From the IMG/VR virus record IMGVR_UViG_3300029121_000001: a DNA stretch of 64,000 nt. The stretch is one strand, 5' to 3'. The notes below the pieces were generated by a model. The model had not been told where the DNA came from. It saw nothing but the letters and a program-made list of their open reading frames with translations, and ran no database searches. The position numbers and the translations under genes are program-made. Source of the DNA: a virus. Positions 57,525 to 64,000 of this stretch are shown piece by piece. Position 1 is the stretch's first letter, and each line of letters opens with the position of its first letter.

Positions 57525-57541
57525 TCATAAATATAATATCT
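57525..57541 (-). promoter_or_regulatory. 17-nt promoter-like motif AGATATTATATTTATGA
   Basis: After terminator 57560-57592; upstream of ATG 57474. Confidence 0.45.
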
Positions 57542-57559
57542 GCTTGAAACTAAAAATAA

Positions 57560-57592
57560 AAGGTAGGTAGAGATACCGCCTCTACCTACCTT
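57560..57592 (-). terminator. intrinsic terminator closing the 57.6-57.9 kb non-coding island
   Basis: 13-bp stem AAGGTAGGTAGAG/CTCTACCTACCTT, with a T-run on the minus strand. Confidence 0.75.
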
Positions 57593-57758
57593 ATGCATTG
57601 AGAAGTCTATTCCAGAAAACCATGATTAAGAAAACATTAAAGATCAAGATGAAATAGAAAATCCGTACAACGTGATCCCGAGAGTTTAAGGAGAAAAATG
57701 TAGATACACACAATCCAAGAGAGTTACCAAATATATTAGGCGAGTAAAGCTGAACTGA

Positions 57759-57878
57759 TTACTTTAGCCCTTGATATAAGGAGGTTATTATGAAAAGGTA
57801 TGGAACTAAATGTGAGCATAGCAAAAAGAAATTATGACCGAAACCAACCGTGAATGCTTTGCTTTTTAGGTTTAGCAC
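57759..57878 (-). CDS. candidate 39-aa hydrophobic peptide (possible type I toxin)
   Basis: GTG start 3 nt after GAGGAG. MLNLKSKAFTVGFGHNFFLLCSHLVPYLFIITSLYQGLK. Speculative. Confidence 0.2.
   Translation of the reverse strand: MLNLKSKAFTVGFGHNFFLLCSHLVPYLFIITSLYQGLK
57790..57837 (+). CDS. candidate 15-aa basic micro-ORF antisense to the peptide above
   Basis: AAGGAGG 5 nt before the ATG; MKRYGTKCEHSKKKL. On the opposite strand to all flanking genes. Confidence 0.2.
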   Translation: MKRYGTKCEHSKKKL

Positions 57879-57895
57879 TTTCTCCTCAATGCATT

Positions 57896-57924
57896 ATAAT
57901 AAAGTGATATAGTTTAAATTTCAA
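57896..57924 (-). promoter_or_regulatory. sigma-A-like promoter candidate TTGAAA-17-TATTAT
   Basis: -35 at 57919-57924 and -10 at 57896-57901 (minus strand). It would start an RNA at the 5' arm of the 13-bp closing stem. Confidence 0.3.
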
Positions 57925-58180
57925 TTCCTCCTTGAATGATTTTAGCAACTCGTTCTCTAATATCTGTACCAAAATTATTAATGAAATTATTTACTCTTTC
58001 ATCATAAAGTGGTTTATATGTTAGAGGACTATTCATAGGATGATATCCAGGGCATCTATAGTGGCATCTTAAGCAAATCATTCTAATAAATACTCTTTTA
58101 TTTTCAATAGTATTATATTCAGGAACTAATTTGCTAGACCCACAATATGGGCATGTGTCATCATTATAGATGATAGCCAT
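57914..58180 (-). CDS. small zinc-ribbon protein
   Basis: ATG 58180 preceded by AGAGGA; the track start at 58240 lacks an SD. CPYCG..CLRCHYRC. Confidence 0.6.
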   Translation of the reverse strand: MAIIYNDDTCPYCGSSKLVPEYNTIENKRVFIRMICLRCHYRCPGYHPMNSPLTYKPLYDERVNNFINNFGTDIRERVAKIIQGGIEI

Positions 58181-58252
58181 TTTATATCCTCTAGGAAATT
58201 GATTAAATCCAGAAGTAGAAGTTAAAGTATTGTTTTCCATAATAAAAAATAA

Positions 58253-58280
58253 AGTATGGTAGGAGAAGTCCTACCATACT
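58253..58280 (-). terminator. intrinsic terminator
   Basis: AGTATGGTAGGA-GAAG-TCCTACCATACT. Confidence 0.7.
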
Positions 58281-58305
58281 TTTGTTTAAAAGTGATTAGA
58301 ATTCT

Positions 58306-59064
58306 TTATGCTTTACGGTTGACACCATCAATGAAATCTTTGAGAATACTACCAGAAACGATACCATCTCTAATATCATTAGTGCCACCATTACCATGAC
58401 GATTGATAACATCGATACATCCAGTACGGATATTATCAGGCATTTCCGTAGCAGAGAAAATCTCAAGCATATCTTCAGGAGGAACCTGATTATCATCACG
58501 GTCGTAATTCTTAAACCACGACTTGATATTGGTCCAGGTGCAAAGAACTGCACCAAGCATCATCTCAATATCATAAGAATGAACGGTAACCACCTTAGAC
58601 TGGCAGAATCTTAGAATGCCAGAGTTTGCATCGAATTCCATATTAAGATCGGTATCGAGAATTTTGCAATACATCTTCATGATAATATCGCATACAGTAC
58701 TGAAATCTGCTTCATTCTCAAATACATAATACGGAACAGCGATCAACATAGCATTCACAAGTTCATTGTCACCAGACTTATTGATGGAAACAAACTTATC
58801 GACGTAGGCTTCTTTCAGATTCTTAACAGAGATAACATATACAGGATTAGATTTATCTCCATTATTAGCGAAGATGCCTTTATCGATAGTAAGTTCTTCG
58901 CGTTTATCAATACTAGGAACTGATTTAGAAGCAATGTCTACAGAATTATAGATAGAATCCATAATCTTAGGCATAGTTCTTGCTTTACCGTCACCAAAAT
59001 ACTCTTTTGCAAGGTAATTAAGCTGACTGCAAACAGAAGTCATTACTTCGAGAATGTGTGCCAT
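58306..59064 (-). CDS. hypothetical protein
   Basis: SD AAGGAGG; 252 codons. Confidence 0.65.
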   Translation of the reverse strand: MAHILEVMTSVCSQLNYLAKEYFGDGKARTMPKIMDSIYNSVDIASKSVPSIDKREELTIDKGIFANNGDKSNPVYVISVKNLKEAYVDKFVSINKSGDNELVNAMLIAVPYYVFENEADFSTVCDIIMKMYCKILDTDLNMEFDANSGILRFCQSKVVTVHSYDIEMMLGAVLCTWTNIKSWFKNYDRDDNQVPPEDMLEIFSATEMPDNIRTGCIDVINRHGNGGTNDIRDGIVSGSILKDFIDGVNRKA

Positions 59065-59075
59065 GAGTAACCTCC

Positions 59076-59327
59076 TTATTTAGTCGTGGGTAATGTGTAA
59101 ACGAATTGTGATCTGTATCCAGAAGCAACCACTTTACAATCAGGATATCTATTAGCGGATTTAGTAGAAATCTCTGTAAAGATTTTCTTTCTTCCATTGA
59201 CAATTACTGTGCCAGGAGTAAAGATTCTTGACATCCGTCTTTCGATATCAGATCGTTCAGCAGATTGCTGTTCAGAATACAGAAAGTAAACAAAAGTATC
59301 TTTTGTTTTGTCGATATTAGCACCCAT
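59076..59327 (-). CDS. hypothetical small protein
   Basis: SD GGAAGGAGG. Confidence 0.6.
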   Translation of the reverse strand: MGANIDKTKDTFVYFLYSEQQSAERSDIERRMSRIFTPGTVIVNGRKKIFTEISTKSANRYPDCKVVASGYRSQFVYTLPTTK

Positions 59328-59362
59328 ATAAAAACCTCCTTCCTTAGAATAAATTTTATTTA

Positions 59363-61315
59363 TTAGTCTGCAGAAGGAGGAATTTCTACATCTGTGGTAA
59401 CATCTCCGACTCCATCGTCATCTCCTTTAGAGACTGTAGTCTCAGACAATTTGACACCTAGAGTATAATCCTTTTTACCATCGATATCGATGATAGCAGG
59501 AATTAATCTGTGATAAGACTCAATGGTTTCTCTTACCATATCTTCTTTCACATAGTCATAAGATAGACCACAACGTTTCTTAAGATCAATAGCTTGTTGC
59601 ATTCCATAAAGAGATCTAAGTTCACTCATAGTCTCAAGATAAAATTGCTTCCATCCATTAGGCTCCTTATAATCAGTAAAGGATCCATTATTGATCTTAG
59701 CCATAGGACAGATCAAACCAGACAAACCAGGATCAGAGGAAGAAGATGCATCTAGATCAACACGACCAAGCTGACTAGGATGAACGAAACGATATACAAT
59801 AGGAACTGCAGTGCCAGAACCTTGATCACCAAGGCCAGAGATTCCTTTATAGGTATAAGAGATTGCAAGTTCTGCATCATTATCATTAACTAGATCAACA
59901 TAGTCAACAAGGTTAGCAGCATTAATGTTCTTCAGGATATAGTTAGGAGGAGTATCCAGAACTCTAACTACATCTTTGAAAGTAACATTTTTACCTTTAT
60001 CAGAAATACGATAAAGGCCACGAGAAATCTTCATTGCATAAATAGCAGGAAGATACTCATCTGCTTGTCTAGGATGTTTGGTAGAGATATCCATATTATC
60101 TCTAGCTTTGAGGAAAGAGAATTCTCTCATCATCCATCTTAGAATACAATAAGAGTCTTCTTTATCTTCAGGAGGAAGTTTAATAGACTGCTTAGTTCTA
60201 ATATCATAGATAGATTCGAAAGAATCCAAAACAGGAATACCTTTATCCAAGGTAGCAGACTGAAAATCTGCACCAAGCATTCTATTCCAATATCTCGGAT
60301 CATAGATATCATCGAAATTCTCAAGCTTCTTTACAGACTTAAGAATAGTATAAACAAAAGACTGAGTGACATTATCTTTATCAAACAATCTCTTGATTAC
60401 AGATACAATGATCTTATGATGAGGATCAGTAAAGTTATAGAATACATTGGGATCCATAGGAGATGCATCGCCTTTAGATGTATAAATACCATTAAGCTCA
60501 AGCATCTCTTCTGCACCATACAATCCATATCTTCCAAGAATAAACTTGATAGAATCAGTTTTCTTATTGAAGATATACGAAGTAAATAAGACGCATCTAT
60601 GAACTGTACCATCTACAATGTCCATAATATCATAAGATTCTTTATATACCTTAATGGGCATAAATTGAGTCTTTAATGTGATACTCTGGACTTTACTATT
60701 GGAAGTAGAATTATTATAGGTACTACCATCAACAATCTGAAAGATAGGATTATAATAGTTACCAAGGATTCTGAAATAATACTTATTCACATAAATAGGT
60801 AAGATAATCAGAACTTCCAATTCGCCTTCAGATTTTTCCAACTCACCAGTCTTAGGATCAATTCTGATTTTACTTTCAGGGATATTAAGCTTAATATAGT
60901 ATCTTACTTTAAGAAGCATAATATCGGAATCTCTAAGAGTGATATAATCATATTCATTGCTGACTTTCTTACCGTTTTTAGTCTTCATTGAATAATAATT
61001 ATAAAGAATCTTCTGAATCTCTTCATAGTCCTTAATAACTTCGAATCCGATAACTTTAATGATGAAATACTTATCTCGTTCACAAGACAGAATAACCTGT
61101 TTCATTCCTTCGATAATATCATCATCGTTTCTAGTAAACCAGAAATCATTGAATTTCTCTCTATGCTGATCATTGAACTTATAGAGAAACTGATCAATGT
61201 CTGGTTTCTGTTCAGGAGCATGCATCATTACATCCATACCATTAGACATATATGGATTAATGTTTTGAGGAGTCTGTAGATTTCCATACTGTATATTGTA
61301 TTGAGAAAAGTCCAT
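59363..61315 (-). CDS. multisubunit RNA polymerase beta subunit, N-terminal fragment
   Basis: ISGLGDQGSG..VYRFVHPSQLGRVDLDASSSSDPGLSGLICPMA is collinear with bacterial SALGPGGL..RDVHPSHYGRxCPIETPEGxNIGLI. The ORF ends ~80 aa later, before the GDK..RHGNKG region. Confidence 0.7.
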   Translation of the reverse strand: MDFSQYNIQYGNLQTPQNINPYMSNGMDVMMHAPEQKPDIDQFLYKFNDQHREKFNDFWFTRNDDDIIEGMKQVILSCERDKYFIIKVIGFEVIKDYEEIQKILYNYYSMKTKNGKKVSNEYDYITLRDSDIMLLKVRYYIKLNIPESKIRIDPKTGELEKSEGELEVLIILPIYVNKYYFRILGNYYNPIFQIVDGSTYNNSTSNSKVQSITLKTQFMPIKVYKESYDIMDIVDGTVHRCVLFTSYIFNKKTDSIKFILGRYGLYGAEEMLELNGIYTSKGDASPMDPNVFYNFTDPHHKIIVSVIKRLFDKDNVTQSFVYTILKSVKKLENFDDIYDPRYWNRMLGADFQSATLDKGIPVLDSFESIYDIRTKQSIKLPPEDKEDSYCILRWMMREFSFLKARDNMDISTKHPRQADEYLPAIYAMKISRGLYRISDKGKNVTFKDVVRVLDTPPNYILKNINAANLVDYVDLVNDNDAELAISYTYKGISGLGDQGSGTAVPIVYRFVHPSQLGRVDLDASSSSDPGLSGLICPMAKINNGSFTDYKEPNGWKQFYLETMSELRSLYGMQQAIDLKKRCGLSYDYVKEDMVRETIESYHRLIPAIIDIDGKKDYTLGVKLSETTVSKGDDDGVGDVTTDVEIPPSAD

Positions 61316-61319
61316 TATA

Positions 61320-61982
61320 TCACTCCTTATCGTCGTTGTTTCCTGTGAGAATTACAGTGATAGGTTTATCCATAGGATTTGCTACATCGCTACTTGAGTT
61401 TCTTAAAGTAAGTTCAACTTCAATATCAAGTTTCTTACTCATAGCAATTAGCTTATTCATTGTAATAGAACTGGTTTTAAGAATACGTTTATCGTTAAGA
61501 TAGTTATCACCAAAACGAGGAGCATATCTATTGATGTCCATATGCTTAGAAGCAATCGCTTGTTTGAATGCTCTCATTTCAGGACTATCATCTTGATTCA
61601 ATGGAGGTGTGAAGATAGAATCAGCATCTGTAAGAACATTAGTTTCCATATCACGGATCTGTCTATTCTTATCCAGGAACTGTGAAATATTATTGACATC
61701 ACTGAAGTCAACCATATTTACACTATCAGATCTATACTGAGAAGCTTCCTGTTCATCTGGATACTTGATAAAATAGATACATCCATCTGGATAGATACCA
61801 GGTTTATCATCGGTTTTTCCTCTAAATGGAAGAACATAACCTACACCATTTTGATCAGAAACTTCAACAGCAGTAGAAGAGATTAAACTAGGATTAGTAT
61901 AAGTTTCATACTCAGATCTGTACTTATCTTCAGAGACAACGTCCATAATTTTCCCATCAATAGTAGCAGTTTTAAGATCCAT
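61320..61982 (-). CDS. hypothetical protein
   Basis: ATG 61982 with GGGAGA upstream. Lies immediately upstream of the RNAP beta fragment. Confidence 0.6.
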   Translation of the reverse strand: MDLKTATIDGKIMDVVSEDKYRSEYETYTNPSLISSTAVEVSDQNGVGYVLPFRGKTDDKPGIYPDGCIYFIKYPDEQEASQYRSDSVNMVDFSDVNNISQFLDKNRQIRDMETNVLTDADSIFTPPLNQDDSPEMRAFKQAIASKHMDINRYAPRFGDNYLNDKRILKTSSITMNKLIAMSKKLDIEVELTLRNSSSDVANPMDKPITVILTGNNDDKE

Positions 61983-62009
61983 AATTTCAATATCTCCCAA
62001 AAATAATAT

Positions 62010-62050
62010 AAGATAGCAGGCTGGGGATTCCCTCCCCAGCCCACTATCTT
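62010..62050. terminator. compound hairpin terminator
   Basis: Outer stem AAGATAG/CTATCTT and inner stem GCTGGGGA/TCCCCAGC. Confidence 0.65.
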
Positions 62051-62081
62051 ATTTTTTACTTATATTATCTTACTTTATAGA

Positions 62082-62699
62082 TTATGCTGCATCCTGAATA
62101 GCACTATCATCCTTAATCAGAACCTTCATCTGGCCATCAGGGATAATGCCAACATTGATTTCACCATTCTCATCAACTGCAGCATCTGCACGGAAAACAC
62201 CATCCTGAATCAGGGTAGCAGGTTCCTCAGCAGTAACATTCTCCTTCAGCCACTTGATGATAAATTCTACCATCTCTACCATCATGGTAATGCAAACATC
62301 AGGACCTGCAAACTTCAGGTTATACAGATTGATACCAGCAGTGGTAAAGAACTGAACGATCATTGCATTATTAGAAACATCACAGCAATCGCAATCCTTG
62401 ATGTTATCTTCATCAGTAGTCCAAGTATAAGACCACTGCCCTGCCGCAGGGTTTGTGGGATCATCATTGTTAGGAATGTAGCATACCTTTGCGGCTGCCA
62501 GGAAACGTCCATCTACTGCACGGAAGACCAGAGCCTTAGGAGTAGCAGTATTCTTAACAGCTGCCAGATACATAGAAGCACCATGGAACAGGATGGTGGG
62601 AATTCTCCAAACATGGGATGGTCCAATCAGATAGTGCTGAGCAGACAGGCACTTGCTATAATCTTCAGAAATGCTGGTTTCCTTAAACTTCTTTTCCAT
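62082..62699 (-). CDS. abundant hypothetical protein (strong high-expression codon style)
   Basis: Its translation-initiation region AAGGAGATTTACTACTATGG is identical to that of gene 36233. Long structured leader. Confidence 0.7.
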   Translation of the reverse strand: MEKKFKETSISEDYSKCLSAQHYLIGPSHVWRIPTILFHGASMYLAAVKNTATPKALVFRAVDGRFLAAAKVCYIPNNDDPTNPAAGQWSYTWTTDEDNIKDCDCCDVSNNAMIVQFFTTAGINLYNLKFAGPDVCITMMVEMVEFIIKWLKENVTAEEPATLIQDGVFRADAAVDENGEINVGIIPDGQMKVLIKDDSAIQDAA

Positions 62700-62849
62700 A
62701 GTAGTAAATCTCCTTTTAATTGATTGATAATATTTTACAGTAAGTTTTACTCACTGTACTTTAGTGTTGTAATACGGATAAGTTTTAACTTCTACGGCCC
62801 ATTTTTCATTAAATATTCTCCTTTAGAAATATTAAATCCTTCTATTGGA

Positions 62850-62866
62850 TCATTATTATAATATCT
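62850..62866 (-). promoter_or_regulatory. 17-nt promoter-like motif AGATATTATAATAATGA
   Basis: Starts the ~150-nt leader of gene 62082-62699. Confidence 0.5.
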
Positions 62867-62880
62867 TACCAATTCTATTT

Positions 62881-63612
62881 TTAGTATTCGACACTTTCAC
62901 CAGAAAGATCTGCTGTATTCATGAATTTTGCCATCAGAATCTTCCTATCTTCTTCTGTGAAAGAAGGAAGGACAAGTTCACATTTCTTATCCTCACTAGA
63001 AAAAGTCTGACCAATAATATGAATAATAGGCTTATTGATAGAAGATTCTGCGTATACATCAAATTCAATAAGATAGTATTCATCTTCATCAATATATTCA
63101 CCTTCTACGATAAGATAATGATGAGAGATAAATACATTTTTATTGCCGACATCATCTTTATGATATCTTTCATATTCATCGAAATATATGCTATACATAT
63201 AATCGAATAGATCATTGATAAAGGTACATACTTCATCGTAGATGATTTTAGTATTGTTCATGACGATAGGCTTTTCTGGATCTTCATCATCAAACATAGT
63301 ATCGAAATATTTGCGAACAGATTCATCACAAATCTTCTCCTCTTCTTCACTCTTTACGAGTGTATAAGGACTCTTAATAGTGATCAATCCAATAACAGCA
63401 TTAAGCTTCTTATTGATATTATCACTACTATCGATACCACAATTTCTCAGAATAGCTTCAATAAGTCTCATGATCATTGTTTTCGAAACATCGACTCCTT
63501 CAGATTTCAGACATTCCATAAGTTCATTTACTTCATTCTTAAGATCAAAAATCCTACGAACCTCAGTAGAATCGGATGCAATACCAGAATCTTCAATAAA
63601 TTTGTACGACAT
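62881..63612 (-). CDS. hypothetical protein
   Basis: SD AAGGAG; 243 codons. Confidence 0.65.
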   Translation of the reverse strand: MSYKFIEDSGIASDSTEVRRIFDLKNEVNELMECLKSEGVDVSKTMIMRLIEAILRNCGIDSSDNINKKLNAVIGLITIKSPYTLVKSEEEEKICDESVRKYFDTMFDDEDPEKPIVMNNTKIIYDEVCTFINDLFDYMYSIYFDEYERYHKDDVGNKNVFISHHYLIVEGEYIDEDEYYLIEFDVYAESSINKPIIHIIGQTFSSEDKKCELVLPSFTEEDRKILMAKFMNTADLSGESVEY

Positions 63613-63627
63613 AATAACTCTCCTTAT

Positions 63628-64000
63628 TTATTTCATATATTTGTCAAGATTAGCTACGAAATCATCTTTCGGAACTATCATAACACCAAAGCGTTCTGCT
63701 TTACGAGTCTTAGTAGTATTAATACTAGTATTAGGAACAAGTAAAGCATAGCAGTCTTTATTTACTGGAGCATCTTGATCTGCATCAAAACCAAGAGACT
63801 TAAGATACACTTCAAGTTCTTTATCTCTAAATCCAGTAAATCTAATCTTCTTACCTTCGATTCTCTTATACTTAGTGATATTACCATGAGTAAACATATA
63901 TTCAAGATCATCTTTAAAATAATCCCATTCTCTACCAATAGTATTAGCAGTAGTAGGGCCAATTCCTTTAATGCTTGACATATGCTCTATTACTCTCTTA
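63628..64000 (-). CDS. NAD-dependent-type DNA ligase, C-terminal HhH-BRCT part (5' end beyond the window)
   Basis: IKGIGPTTA (HhH), then KIRFTGFRDKELE..KTRKAERFGVMIV (BRCT). The frame continues past 64000. Confidence 0.6.
   Translation of the reverse strand, partial: KRVIEHMSSIKGIGPTTANTIGREWDYFKDDLEYMFTHGNITKYKRIEGKKIRFTGFRDKELEVYLKSLGFDADQDAPVNKDCYALLVPNTSINTTKTRKAERFGVMIVPKDDFVANLDKYMK

Noticed and set aside
58306-59064. RHGNGG near the C-terminus as the RHGNKG signature of the missing RNAP beta C-terminal half.
   Set aside because: The ORF ends 25 aa later. The flanking GDK and downstream PSRMN-type motifs are absent, and the rest of the protein shows no beta-subunit pattern.
1-64000. 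Stop-codon reassignment (TAG or TGA recoding), as seen in some large gut phages.
   Set aside because: Genes are contiguous with standard stops. The only apparent in-frame interruptions are explained by group I introns, and the three tRNAs have ordinary sense anticodons rather than suppressors.
1-64000. CRISPR arrays, integrase/attachment sites or IS elements.
   Set aside because: I saw no regularly spaced direct repeats and no recombinase or transposase motifs. The only repeat families are terminators, promoter motifs, intron cores and intragenic fibre repeats.

Overview
AT-rich (roughly one-third GC), tightly packed phage DNA in nine alternating strand blocks. Nearly every gene has a strong Firmicute-type Shine-Dalgarno, and most transcription units end in a GC-rich hairpin followed by a T-run. 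Gene content indicates a large or jumbo contractile-tailed phage of a low-GC Gram-positive host. Recognised genes: a T4 gp21-like prohead protease, tail sheath and putative tube, several tail-fibre genes (one collagen-like, one with 13 His-x-His motifs), and a SleB/CwlJ-type cell-wall hydrolase. Also a large terminase, a family-B DNA polymerase, a gp46/Rad50-like ATPase, RNase H and the C-terminus of an NAD-type DNA ligase. Two fragments of a split multisubunit RNA polymerase (beta-prime C-terminal half, beta N-terminal half) resemble the phiKZ/AR9 arrangement. Three tRNAs (Thr-UGU, Gln-UUG, Gly-UCC) form one minus-strand cluster. The main non-routine structure is as follows. (1) Three related td-like group IA2 introns interrupt the terminase gene twice (both ORF-less) and the polymerase gene once (carrying an HNH homing endonuclease). 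A truncated free-standing HNH gene lies next to the RNAP gene. (2) The polymerase ORF stops shortly after motif A, so the enzyme appears to be split. (3) A conserved 17-nt promoter-like motif occurs eight times. (4) A ~120-nt promoter-leader module is duplicated in front of two unrelated, compositionally foreign small genes. (5) A 320-nt non-coding island has the architecture of a type I toxin-antitoxin or structured-RNA locus. (6) Structured GC-rich spacers lie inside the tRNA operon. (7) A glycosyltransferase-TPR gene sits beside Thr/Ala-rich virion proteins. About two-thirds of the ORFs have no function I can recognise by eye. All family assignments rest on motifs read from the translations, not on database searches.
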